64,000 nt of DNA. Origin: Bacteroidota bacterium. Its GTDB lineage: Bacteria; Bacteroidota; Bacteroidia; Bacteroidales; FEN-979. The stretch is taken from assembly GCA_037138335.1 (NCBI GenBank), contig JBAXIO010000009.1:110262-174261 (forward strand), written 5' to 3'. The stretch's first letter is position 1, and every line of letters starts with the position of its first letter. Under the pieces are notes generated by a model. It saw nothing but the letters and a program-made list of their open reading frames with translations. It was not told the DNA's origin and ran no database searches. Below are positions 40,755-49,718 of the stretch, piece by piece. A program made the translations under genes and the position numbers.

Positions 40755-41301
40755 TCCTTTCGAAACCGGTAGGAATCTCCATCATAATCAGATGGCATTG
40801 ATCATTATGTGCCTTGACGACGCCTGAAAGCCTGACTCTGACTTTATGGCCTTCGCTTAACAGGATGACTTCGCATGTTTCTTTTATGTTGCTTTTAAAT
40901 GCATTTGCAAGGAAGTTGTTAAAGATCAACATACTTTCAGTTGCAAGATGTGAAACGAGAGAGGCCCCCTGTAAATACAAACGCTCTTTGCCAAGCATCT
41001 TAGCCCCTTGCAGGTTGATCGCCCTGATCCTTCCCTGTTCTGAAAGGATCAGATAACTCTCAGGGGCAAAGTCAAACATGTCAATATAATTTTCGGCTGC
41101 ACGCTGGGCGGATATTTTTGCTACCTGGAGCTCATCATTTTGTAATTCCAGTTCAATCTGGTGCACCTCCAGTTCGTGAACAAGTTTAAGGATATCGGCT
41201 TCAGAGAGCGGCGAAACCGTTTTTGTTAACTTATTGTTCAGCAGATCTTCCGCCCTTTGGCGCAGGATCTCGGAATCTAAGATGTCATCAGCACTGGACA
41301 T
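40750..41301 (-). CDS. Stand-alone coiled-coil + PAS-domain protein with no output domain
   Basis: LRQRAEDLL...VHELEVHQIELELQNDEL coiled coil, then YIDMFDFAPESYLILS PAS start; ends at the PAC-like strand; TACCTTTG box upstream. Confidence 0.75.
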   Translation of the reverse strand: MSSADDILDSEILRQRAEDLLNNKLTKTVSPLSEADILKLVHELEVHQIELELQNDELQVAKISAQRAAENYIDMFDFAPESYLILSEQGRIRAINLQGAKMLGKERLYLQGASLVSHLATESMLIFNNFLANAFKSNIKETCEVILLSEGHKVRVRLSGVVKAHNDQCHLIMMEIPTGFERK

Positions 41302-41391
41302 TGAGAAGGCAAAGGTAAAAGAGGGATACTTACCGGACTATCTTCAAAGGTAGTTAAAAAAACGGACTTGAATTATAAACCGGAAAAATCT

Positions 41392-42024
41392 TTATTTCCT
41401 CCCGAAATCGGCAGGGATCTCGCCCCAGTATTCAGTTTCCCATTTTTTAACCTGGTTCTTCCAGGTGTTGTTCCTGAGCCAGTTCAGGGCGCGTTCCACA
41501 AGTTTGAAAAGCTCCCGGTTTTTATCCGAAACTTCAAGTTTCGTATTGATTGCACGTTTCCTGAGCCATGCAATTGCTGTGCGGGAATCGGAATAAACAG
41601 GCCAGTCGGAATCCCTTTGTTTCAGGTAGGCCAGGGCATGGACCACTGCAAGGAATTCTCCAATGTTTACGGTTCCTTCAGGGAAAGGACCTACCCTGAA
41701 AAGTTCGGCGCCTGAAGCTGTATCAACGCCACGGTATTCAAGCACACCCGGGTTCCCGCTGCAGGCTGCATCTACGCAGATGCTGTCGGCAACAGGTTCG
41801 CCTACCAGGGGATTGCTGCAGAGTATTTTCTTAGGGGACTGAAGCCCTTTCTCCATATACTTACGGGGATCGTCGCTGAATGCACTAAGGGCAAGGTCTT
41901 TCGTGGGGAATCCCTTGTACTTTGCACCGTTAAAGCCGGCCACCTGCTCCCTGCATTTGTCCCAACCCTCGTAGATCCCCGGGTTCCGTCCGTTCCAGAC
42001 GACGTAATATTTTGACTTTGGCAT
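41392..42024 (-). CDS. rnhA: Ribonuclease HI with N-terminal viroplasmin (hybrid-binding) domain
   Basis: KYYVVWNGRNPGIY...W..C...GAKYKGF; VDAACSGNPG; NIGEFLAVVHAL; YSDS; WGEIPADFGRK. Confidence 0.93.
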   Translation of the reverse strand: MPKSKYYVVWNGRNPGIYEGWDKCREQVAGFNGAKYKGFPTKDLALSAFSDDPRKYMEKGLQSPKKILCSNPLVGEPVADSICVDAACSGNPGVLEYRGVDTASGAELFRVGPFPEGTVNIGEFLAVVHALAYLKQRDSDWPVYSDSRTAIAWLRKRAINTKLEVSDKNRELFKLVERALNWLRNNTWKNQVKKWETEYWGEIPADFGRK

Positions 42025-42074
42025 CGTTTCTTTATCAGCCCAAAAATATGATTAATTTTGAACACTTACTTAAA

Positions 42075-42144
42075 CAGTGAACAGTGAACAGTGAACAGTG
42101 AATAGTTATCATTCACTTTCACTAGTCACCAGTCACCATTCACC
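42075..42144. repeat. Heptamer array with inverted arm in the 5' UTR of the flippase gene
   Basis: (CAGTGAA)x4 tagttat, then attcact ttcact agtcacc agtcacc attcacc; lies between TAATTTTG (42053-42060) and ATG 42150. Confidence 0.85.
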
Positions 42145-42149
42145 AACGA

Positions 42150-43649
42150 ATGTCGTCAATCAAGCGCCTTGCCTCACAAACTGCCGTTTACGGGATCCCT
42201 ACCATCCTGGGACGGTTCCTGCAGTACCTCCTGGTCATACTGCTTACGAGGATTTTCTCAAAGGCCGAGTACGGCACTATCAGTGTGTTTTATTCCTATG
42301 CCTCTTTCCTGATGGTGGTACTGACCTATGGGATGGAAACTGCATTTTTCCGTTTCAGTGAAAAAGAAGAGGATAAAGACAGCGTCTTCAGCACCGGGAT
42401 GATTTCACTCCTGCTTACTTCCGGTTCTTTCATTTTCCTGGCCAGCGTATTTTCAGGGACCATTGCAGGATGGATAGATTATCCCCTGCAGGCAAAATAC
42501 GTTATATGGTTTGCCTGGATCCTCGGTCTCGATGCTCTCGTTGCCATCCCCTTTGCAAGGCTGCGCTCCCAAAATAAAGCCGCAAGGTTCGCGACTTTGA
42601 AAATGGTCAACATTTTTACAAATATAGGACTGACCCTGTTCTTCATTGTCGCCTGTCCGTATGCATGGCAGCATTATCCCCCCATTCAGGGGGTATTGGG
42701 CCTGGTTTACCGCCCCGACTGGGGTATAGAATATGTCTTCATCGCCAACCTTGCAGCCAGCATAATTACCCTTGCCTTACTATTGCCCATGTTGCTGAAC
42801 ATGAAATGGAAGATGCATAAGGAATTATGGAAACGAATGTTGTTTTATGCTTTCCCATTACTGTTTGCTGGACTTGCCGGGATGGTTAATGAAACTTTCG
42901 ACCGGCTCATGCTAAGATATCTGCTTCCGTATTCGCGGGAACTCACAGAGGCACAGGTTGGGATTTACAGCGCCTGTTACAAGATATCCATTCTGATCAC
43001 CTTATTCGTGCAGGCATACCGTTTTGCCGCAGAGCCCTTCTTTTTTGCCCATGCCAGGGAGAAGGATGCCAGGCTGACCTATGCCCGTATCATGGATTAT
43101 TTCATCATCGCAATCTCCACGGTATTCCTGGTCACCATGTTGTATCTCGACGATATCTTCATCCGCCTTATTGGAAAAGATTTCAGGGAAGGCAAGGCTG
43201 TCATCCCCGTTCTGATGTTTGCCAACATCTTTTTAGGAATCTATTACAATCTTTCCATCTGGTACAAGCTTACCGGGAAAACGATTTGGGGCGCCTGGCT
43301 TTCCCTTATAGGAGCTGGTATCACACTGGCTTTGAACTTCTGGTGGATCCCTCTCAGCCCCGACCATTTCATTCACGGGTATGTTGGTTCGGCCTGGGCT
43401 ACGTTTATCTGCTACGGGTCAATGATGCTGATCGCTTACCTGCTCGGACAAAAATATTACCCGGTTCCTTACAGAATCGGGAAAGCCATTGGCTACACAG
43501 GGCTGGCACTGCTTCTTTACATAATCAGCTTCTATCTCCGCATTCCGCATCCCGTATTCCGCATCCTGTTTCATACCGGATTGCTTATGGTTTTCCTGCT
43601 TACTGCTTTCCTGGTCGAAAAGCCCCGCCTTTCCAAGGCCCCCGATTGA
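42150..43649 (+). CDS. Oligosaccharide flippase / polysaccharide biosynthesis membrane protein (MOP superfamily)
   Basis: About 14 TM helices; LASQTAVYG, LTYGMETAFFRF, NETFDRLML, GIYSACYKIS, YRFAAEPFFF, YNLSIWYKLT. Confidence 0.88.
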   Translation: MSSIKRLASQTAVYGIPTILGRFLQYLLVILLTRIFSKAEYGTISVFYSYASFLMVVLTYGMETAFFRFSEKEEDKDSVFSTGMISLLLTSGSFIFLASVFSGTIAGWIDYPLQAKYVIWFAWILGLDALVAIPFARLRSQNKAARFATLKMVNIFTNIGLTLFFIVACPYAWQHYPPIQGVLGLVYRPDWGIEYVFIANLAASIITLALLLPMLLNMKWKMHKELWKRMLFYAFPLLFAGLAGMVNETFDRLMLRYLLPYSRELTEAQVGIYSACYKISILITLFVQAYRFAAEPFFFAHAREKDARLTYARIMDYFIIAISTVFLVTMLYLDDIFIRLIGKDFREGKAVIPVLMFANIFLGIYYNLSIWYKLTGKTIWGAWLSLIGAGITLALNFWWIPLSPDHFIHGYVGSAWATFICYGSMMLIAYLLGQKYYPVPYRIGKAIGYTGLALLLYIISFYLRIPHPVFRILFHTGLLMVFLLTAFLVEKPRLSKAPD

Positions 43650-43682
43650 GATTTTTATTACCTTTGCACCTCAAAATTCCCT

Positions 43683-44117
43683 ATGAGAATCAGGATAGTA
43701 AACAATTCCCACCATCCTTTGCCGGCTTATGAAACCATGGCTTCAGCAGGCATGGACCTCAGGGCTTTTATCGCCGGCGATATGGTTCTGAAACCCCTCG
43801 AAAGAGCATTGGTCCCTACAGGATTATTCATTGAACTCCCGCTGGGGTTTGAAGCCCAGGTAAGGCCCCGCAGCGGCCTGGCCATTAAAAAAGGCGTTAC
43901 TGTACTGAATACCCCGGGCACGATAGATGCCGATTACAGGGGTGAGATCAAAGTCATTCTCATTAACTTATCTAATGAGGATTTCGTGGTTAAGGACGGT
44001 GACAGGATTGCACAAATGATCATTGCAGCTCACCAGCAGGCTGAATGGACGCAGGTGGATAAACTGGAAGAAACAAGCAGGGGGGCCGGGGGATTTGGGC
44101 ATACGGGGGAGAAGTGA
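43683..44117 (+). CDS. dut: dUTP diphosphatase
   Basis: [41 protein letters not shown]; TACCTTTG box at 43659-43666. Confidence 0.98.
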   Translation: MRIRIVNNSHHPLPAYETMASAGMDLRAFIAGDMVLKPLERALVPTGLFIELPLGFEAQVRPRSGLAIKKGVTVLNTPGTIDADYRGEIKVILINLSNEDFVVKDGDRIAQMIIAAHQQAEWTQVDKLEETSRGAGGFGHTGEK

Positions 44118-44225
44118 ACGGGGAACAGGGAACGGGGAACGGGGAACAGGGAGCAGGGAACGGGGAACGGGGAACAGGGAACGGGGAACTGGGAGCAGGG
44201 AGCAGGGAGCAGGGAGCAGGGAATA
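44114..44225 (+). repeat. G-rich heptamer tandem array GGGA(A/G)C(A/G) x16
   Basis: gtgaacg gggaaca gggaacg gggaacg gggaaca gggagca ... gggagca gggaata, beginning at the dut stop codon. Confidence 0.95.
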
Positions 44226-44268
44226 ACCACCAGTAACCAAACAACAAGTGGTTGAATTAATAAAAGAA

Positions 44269-46050
44269 ATGAAGCTTAAAAAAATTATAATAGCGTATAT
44301 TTTTCTCCTGGCCTGCCTCGGCGCCGTCGCCAGCCCACCGTTGACGATCCGCAGCGAAGAACCTGATTCAGGCAGGATAAAACACGGGAGAAAGCATTCA
44401 GGCAACAAATCCCTTGCCGATAATGAAAATACAGCCCTCCTTCTTGATGCCAAGAAGGAAGCTTTGCTTGGGAATACCGATAAAGCTTTGCAGTTGTTCA
44501 CATCCTATGTACAGCATTACCCCGAAGATGCAACGGGAAAATTTGAACTCGCCAGGCTGCTTGCGGCCAGTGAGAAATACGAAGAAGCATACGACCTTCT
44601 GAAGGATGCCATCAGCCTTGATCCTGAAAATAAATACTTCCAGATCTTTCTTGCCGAGGTATGCCAGCAGATCAAAAAGGATAAAGAAGCAGTGGGCATT
44701 TATGAGAACCTGGTAAAAAAATACCCTGCGGAACTGGATTATTATTTTGAGCTTGCGGCACTTTACCTCAATGTGGGAGAAGAAAAAAAAGCCGCTGAAA
44801 CATACGACGTGATTGAAGAAAAGGCCGGGGAAAATGAGGAGATCTCGCTTCAGAAAGAGAAAATCTACCTTCACCTCGGGAATATTGCAAAAGCTGAAGC
44901 GGAGCTGCAGGGCCTGATAAACGCTTTTCCCGATGAACCGCGCTATCTTTCCATGCTGGCTGAATTTTACATGGGCAACAACCAGCAGGCTAAAGCCCTT
45001 GAGCTCTATAAGCGGGTTGCCGAGAAAGACCCGAACAATCCGTATATCCATATGTCGATGGCCGATTATTACCGCAAAACGGGGAATAAGGAAAAAGCAT
45101 TTGAAGAACTTAAACTGGGCTTCGCAAACCCAAACCTTGATGTGGATACCAAGGTGACTATTTTGCTCTCTTTTTACACCATCAACCAGATCTACGATCA
45201 GCTTAAGGAACAGGCTTTTGAACTTTCGCGCATCATGATAAGGACGCATTCCGATAATCCTAAGGCGTGGTCGATTTACGGTGACCTGCTTTCACAGGAT
45301 AAAAAGTATGCGGAAGCAAGGGATGCCTTTTTAAAGGTTATCAGCCTTGATTCGAGCAAGTATGTTGTATGGGAAGAGCTTCTCCGCCTTGAACTCCAGT
45401 TAAGCGAATACCAGGCCCTGTATGATCATGGTAAAAAAGCCATTGAACTTTTTCCCGACCAGAGCGTAGTGTACCTGTTCACGGGGCTGGGAGCAGTTCA
45501 GATGAAGAAATATGAGGATGGAATTAAAGTCCTCGACTACGGAGTGAGACTGGTGGTAAACAATGATGACCTTCTCGCCCAGTTTTACATGTACCTGGGA
45601 GATGCCTGGCATTCCATGAAGAATCCTGAAGAATCTGACAAGGCGTATGAGAAATCATTAAAGGCAAAAGACAACAATCCCTACGTCCTTAATAATTTCG
45701 CATATTACCTTTCAGTCAGGGGATCAGACCTGGAAAGGGCTGAGAAAATGGCCAAAAAAGCCGTTGAACTCGATACGGCCAATTCCTCCTTTGAAGATAC
45801 CTATGGCTGGGTCCTGTATAAACTGGGAAAAACAAAAGATGCCAAAAATTGGATCGGGAAAGCCCTGGAAGATAAAGCAAACGTAAGCAGCGAGGTCCTC
45901 GAACATTACGGCGATGTGCTGTATAAGCTCGGAGAACCCGAGAAAGCCCTGGAATACTGGAATAAGGCTAAAACAAAGGGGGAAGGATCCGAATTTCTGA
46001 ATAAAAAGATCAGCGAAAAAAAATTAATTGAACATAATGGGAAAGAATAA
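44269..46050 (+). CDS. Exported tetratricopeptide-repeat protein
   Basis: Signal peptide, many TPRs, C-terminal LNNFAYYLS...DTYGWVLYKLG...EHYGDVL; conserved position after dut in Bacteroidota. Confidence 0.88.
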   Translation: MKLKKIIIAYIFLLACLGAVASPPLTIRSEEPDSGRIKHGRKHSGNKSLADNENTALLLDAKKEALLGNTDKALQLFTSYVQHYPEDATGKFELARLLAASEKYEEAYDLLKDAISLDPENKYFQIFLAEVCQQIKKDKEAVGIYENLVKKYPAELDYYFELAALYLNVGEEKKAAETYDVIEEKAGENEEISLQKEKIYLHLGNIAKAEAELQGLINAFPDEPRYLSMLAEFYMGNNQQAKALELYKRVAEKDPNNPYIHMSMADYYRKTGNKEKAFEELKLGFANPNLDVDTKVTILLSFYTINQIYDQLKEQAFELSRIMIRTHSDNPKAWSIYGDLLSQDKKYAEARDAFLKVISLDSSKYVVWEELLRLELQLSEYQALYDHGKKAIELFPDQSVVYLFTGLGAVQMKKYEDGIKVLDYGVRLVVNNDDLLAQFYMYLGDAWHSMKNPEESDKAYEKSLKAKDNNPYVLNNFAYYLSVRGSDLERAEKMAKKAVELDTANSSFEDTYGWVLYKLGKTKDAKNWIGKALEDKANVSSEVLEHYGDVLYKLGEPEKALEYWNKAKTKGEGSEFLNKKISEKKLIEHNGKE

Positions 46051-46870
46051 TAGGTGCGGGAGGTTATTTTTTTCAGGCATCACCGCCCTGATGGTAATGT
46101 TTGCTGTTTCCTGCAGCCCTGCCAGGAAGGCTATTAAGGCACCGATCAGGGAAGAAGGAGCCGATTACCTGTTTAAAAAACTTAAGGAGCATGAGTTGAA
46201 ATACACATACTTCATGGGTAAATTCTCGGCCGAATACAAAAACAAGAAGAAAAGCACCTCCTTCAACGGACAGATCAGGATCAAGAATGACAGCGCGATA
46301 TGGCTTTCGCTGACCCCCGGCCTCGGCATAGAAGCCATGCGCCTCATCATCACCCAGGATTCGGTTAAAATGATAAACAAACTTAACAATACGTTTTTCA
46401 TTGGAAATTATGAGTCGGTGAACCGCTTTTTGAACACCAATATCGATTTTGACATCCTGCAGGCATACCTTCTCGGGAATGACCTTAAATTTTATGAAGA
46501 CGGAAAATTCAGGGTCACAATCGACAACAACAATTATAAGCTTTCAACGGCTGCGAGGATGAAACTTAAGAAATATGTCAGGAACAGCGAGGAAAATGTG
46601 AGGGCTTTCATCCAGAATATCTGGCTCGATTCGGAAACGTTCAAGATCACCGAAGCGGATGTCAAGGAAATATCAAATGAAAAGATCAAGCTTGAGGCCA
46701 GCTATGGGAACTTTGAGAATATCGACGGGCAGCTTTTCCCAAAAGCCCTGGACGTTACCATCTGGGCGGATAATACAATTAAGGTGAAAGCTTCTTTTTC
46801 GAAAATTACCGTTGATGTTCCATTGCAGTTCCCCTTTAAGATACCTACAGGATATACACAGGTCAAATAA
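46037..46870 (+). CDS. DUF4292-like lipoprotein
   Basis: Lipobox FAVSC; IRIKNDSAIWLS, GIEAMRLIITQDSV, LQAYLLGN, FPFKIPTGY; synteny TPR-DUF4292-EnvC. Confidence 0.8.
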   Translation: MGKNNRCGRLFFSGITALMVMFAVSCSPARKAIKAPIREEGADYLFKKLKEHELKYTYFMGKFSAEYKNKKKSTSFNGQIRIKNDSAIWLSLTPGLGIEAMRLIITQDSVKMINKLNNTFFIGNYESVNRFLNTNIDFDILQAYLLGNDLKFYEDGKFRVTIDNNNYKLSTAARMKLKKYVRNSEENVRAFIQNIWLDSETFKITEADVKEISNEKIKLEASYGNFENIDGQLFPKALDVTIWADNTIKVKASFSKITVDVPLQFPFKIPTGYTQVK

Positions 46871-46884
46871 CCACAGCATTAGGG

Positions 46885-48159
46885 ATGTTTAGGAAAGTGC
46901 AGGGCCGGAAATCAGCATTCATCAGTTTACACCTGGTCCTGGTGTTTTTATTGGCAATTGCAGCTTACGCCCAGGTCGACAAGGAAAAACTTCAGAAGAC
47001 CAAGAAACAGCTGGAAGACGAGATCCGGTATACCACCGAATTGCTGGAAAAGACTAAGGCCTCGAAGCAGGTTTCGATGGAGAAACTTAAGATCCTGAAC
47101 CAGAGGATACGCGTCAGGGAGGCCCTGATTGCCACGATCAACAAGGAACTGGGACAGATCGACATGAATATCCAGGTAGAGAATGTAGAGCTCGACCGGA
47201 TGTCGAAACAGCTCAAAGCCCTTAAAACTGATTATGCCCGGATGATTTACCAGGCTTACCGTACCATGAACGGCAGGAACAAGCTGATGTTCATATTCTC
47301 GGCGAAGGACTTCAACCAGGCCTGGCAAAGGATCAGGTACTACCAGCAATATTCGGAATACCGGCGCAGGCAGGCCGAACGGATTGAAAGTACAACCCAT
47401 GTCATCAATGACCAAAGGAAAGACCTGGAATCGAAGAAACAGGAAAAGCTTACATTGTTTGAGACCCAGCAAAAGGAAAAAGTAAAGCTGGACCTTGAGA
47501 AACAGGACAAGGCCAAAACCGTAAAAGAACTCTCAAGCAAGGAGAAGCAGCTTGTTTCTACACTCAAAACCAAGCAGCAGGCCGCTGCGCGCCTGCAATA
47601 TGAGATTGAAAAACTGATCGCAACCGAAATCAGGGCATCGGAGGAAAGGATGCAAAAAACCACGGGCTATGAGAAAAAGCCAGCGGGGCATATAGTTTCC
47701 GGCCCCGCAACCTATGAAATGACCCCCCGCGAAAAGGAACTCTCCAGTTCTTTTGCCTCAAACAGGGGGCGGCTTCCCTGGCCCTGTGAAAAAGGTTTCA
47801 TTTCCGGCACTTTCGGGGAGCACGCACATCCCGTGCTTGAAAGGGTCAAAGTGAAAAACAACGGGGTGGATATAACCACCGAACCAAACTCCCAGGTTAA
47901 AGCCGTTTTCAACGGCAGGGTAAGCAAAGTGATGTCGTTCCCCAACCTGAACAATGTAGTCATTGTGAGGCATGGTGAATACCTTACCGTATATTCAAAC
48001 CTGGATGTTGTGAATGTAAAGGAAGGGCAGGAAGTGACCACCCGCCAGGCTATCGGCAAGGTGCATTATAATACTGAAGAACAAAAAACCGAGCTGCATT
48101 TTGAGATCTGGAAAGGCAAAATGATCCAGAACCCCGAAAACTGGCTTGCCGGACGATAA
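46885..48159 (+). CDS. envC: EnvC-like murein hydrolase activator (coiled coil + M23 domain)
   Basis: Long coiled coil; NRGRLPWP; NNGVDI (degenerate HxxxD); VIVRHGEYLTVYSNL; LHFEIW. Confidence 0.85.
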   Translation: MFRKVQGRKSAFISLHLVLVFLLAIAAYAQVDKEKLQKTKKQLEDEIRYTTELLEKTKASKQVSMEKLKILNQRIRVREALIATINKELGQIDMNIQVENVELDRMSKQLKALKTDYARMIYQAYRTMNGRNKLMFIFSAKDFNQAWQRIRYYQQYSEYRRRQAERIESTTHVINDQRKDLESKKQEKLTLFETQQKEKVKLDLEKQDKAKTVKELSSKEKQLVSTLKTKQQAAARLQYEIEKLIATEIRASEERMQKTTGYEKKPAGHIVSGPATYEMTPREKELSSSFASNRGRLPWPCEKGFISGTFGEHAHPVLERVKVKNNGVDITTEPNSQVKAVFNGRVSKVMSFPNLNNVVIVRHGEYLTVYSNLDVVNVKEGQEVTTRQAIGKVHYNTEEQKTELHFEIWKGKMIQNPENWLAGR

Positions 48160-48170
48160 CAGCTTTTGAA

Positions 48171-49079
48171 ATGCACCATATAGGAGAATTTGCCGCCTTG
48201 CTTACCGCCTTCTTCTGGACCGTCACCGCGATCACATTTGAAGCGGCAAGCCGGAAGATAGGCTCCATGGTTGTAAATATCCTCAGGCTGATCATTGGTT
48301 TCATCTTTCTCAGCATTTTTGTTTTTTTTTACCGCGGATATCTTTTTCCCGTCGACGCCAGCCTTCATAACTGGCTCTGGCTGTCGCTGAGCGGGCTCAT
48401 AGGATTTACCTTTGGGGACCTTTGCCTCTTCCAGTCTTTCGTCCTCATCGGGGCCAGGGTTTCCATGCTTATCATGGCTTTGGCTCCCCCTATGACCGCC
48501 CTGTTCGCATGGATGGTTCTGGGTGAAAAACTCAGCCTTCAAAGCTGGATCGGGATGGCCGTGACAATGAACGGGATTGCATTGGTTGTACTCAGGCGAA
48601 GCGGTGAAGGTGAAAAGAACGGCCTCCTGAACATGCTGAAATTTTCTTATCCGCTCTGGGGCCTTCTGCTTGCTTTCGGAGGGGCTTTAGGACAAGCGGT
48701 AGGCCTTGTCCTCAGCAAGGTCGGAATGCAGGGGTACGATACCTTTGCCTCGACCCAGATCAGGGTAATGGCGGGCACGGCGGGTTTTGCAATAATCTAT
48801 GCGCTTATCGGAAAATGGAAAGACGTTCTCAGGGGAACCACCAGGGCCAGGCCCATGGCCATCCTCTCTATTGGCGCCTTCTTCGGCCCTTTTCTCGGGG
48901 TCTCGTTTTCACTTATCGCAATAAAATATGCCGATACGGGAATTGCCTCCACCATCATGGCTATAGTGCCGGTGCTCATTATTCCGCCATCTATGATACT
49001 GTATAAAGAAAAAATCAGTTTAAAAGAAGTTGCAGGCGCCATCCTCGCTGTTGGCGGAGTTGCAATTTTCTTTTTATAA
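48171..49079 (+). CDS. DMT/EamA family transporter
   Basis: About 10 TM helices in two repeats; GEFAALLTAFFW, LSGLIGFTFGD, GPFLGVSFSL. Confidence 0.88.
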   Translation: MHHIGEFAALLTAFFWTVTAITFEAASRKIGSMVVNILRLIIGFIFLSIFVFFYRGYLFPVDASLHNWLWLSLSGLIGFTFGDLCLFQSFVLIGARVSMLIMALAPPMTALFAWMVLGEKLSLQSWIGMAVTMNGIALVVLRRSGEGEKNGLLNMLKFSYPLWGLLLAFGGALGQAVGLVLSKVGMQGYDTFASTQIRVMAGTAGFAIIYALIGKWKDVLRGTTRARPMAILSIGAFFGPFLGVSFSLIAIKYADTGIASTIMAIVPVLIIPPSMILYKEKISLKEVAGAILAVGGVAIFFL

Positions 49080-49090
49080 TTGCAGTGGCA

Positions 49091-49639
49091 ATGGAAACTA
49101 AAGGAAATACTGCTGTATATGTACACAAGCCCGGGCTTAGGTTTTACCTTGGCGCGTCAATAATATTTTTATCTTTTTTCATGGTGCCTACCGGGCTCCT
49201 TGTAACCCATAATCTGCACCATCATGTATTAAAAGCCCTTATTCTCGGCTTTTTCTGGGTCAACGGCCCCCTGTGGAAAATATTAGGCATAGGCATCATG
49301 GGAAAGGTGTCGTACTATTATATCATCGAGCACCTCAAGATCCATTACAAACGGGTCATCGAACCCCGCCCTGTCAGCAGGAAACGTTATTATATAGGGC
49401 TGTTCATGTTCACCCTTCCCTTTATCCCTTCGTATGTGATGGCATACGCACCCCATCTGCTTCCGGAACTGGCCTCGTTAAGGGTATATGTCAATTTATT
49501 CATTGACCTGGTATTCCTCTCCAGCCTGTTCGTACTGGGAGGGGACTTCTGGGATAAACTCAGGGCCCTGTTCAACTATTCAGCCAAAGCAAGCTTCCCG
49601 GGCGAGCCTATTTGCGAAGAGGAAGCACAAAACCCCTGA
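49091..49639 (+). CDS. Small membrane protein (transporter suffix domain-like)
   Basis: About 4 TM helices; PVSRKRYYIGL and SLFVLGGDFWDKLRALF motifs; follows the DMT gene. Confidence 0.6.
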   Translation: METKGNTAVYVHKPGLRFYLGASIIFLSFFMVPTGLLVTHNLHHHVLKALILGFFWVNGPLWKILGIGIMGKVSYYYIIEHLKIHYKRVIEPRPVSRKRYYIGLFMFTLPFIPSYVMAYAPHLLPELASLRVYVNLFIDLVFLSSLFVLGGDFWDKLRALFNYSAKASFPGEPICEEEAQNP

Positions 49640-49650
49640 TGAAACTTAAA

Positions 49651-49686
49651 AAAAAGGCCGCCGCAACTTCTTGCGGCGGCCTTTTT
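49651..49686. terminator. Bidirectional intrinsic terminator
   Basis: AAAAAGGCCGCCGCAA-CTTC-TTGCGGCGGCCTTTTT perfect hairpin with A/T tails between convergent genes. Confidence 0.9.
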
Positions 49687-49718
49687 ATAGTTTACAGATT
49701 GCCCCTATGGGGCTTCAT

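Noticed and set aside
43968-44501. ORFs with PVPRSLF / GTGNRER repeats
   Set aside because: Shadow translations of the GGGAACR heptamer array.
44398-45249. 283-aa antisense ORF, and similar ones such as 21570-22319
   Set aside because: Fully antisense to well-supported genes, with no family motifs.
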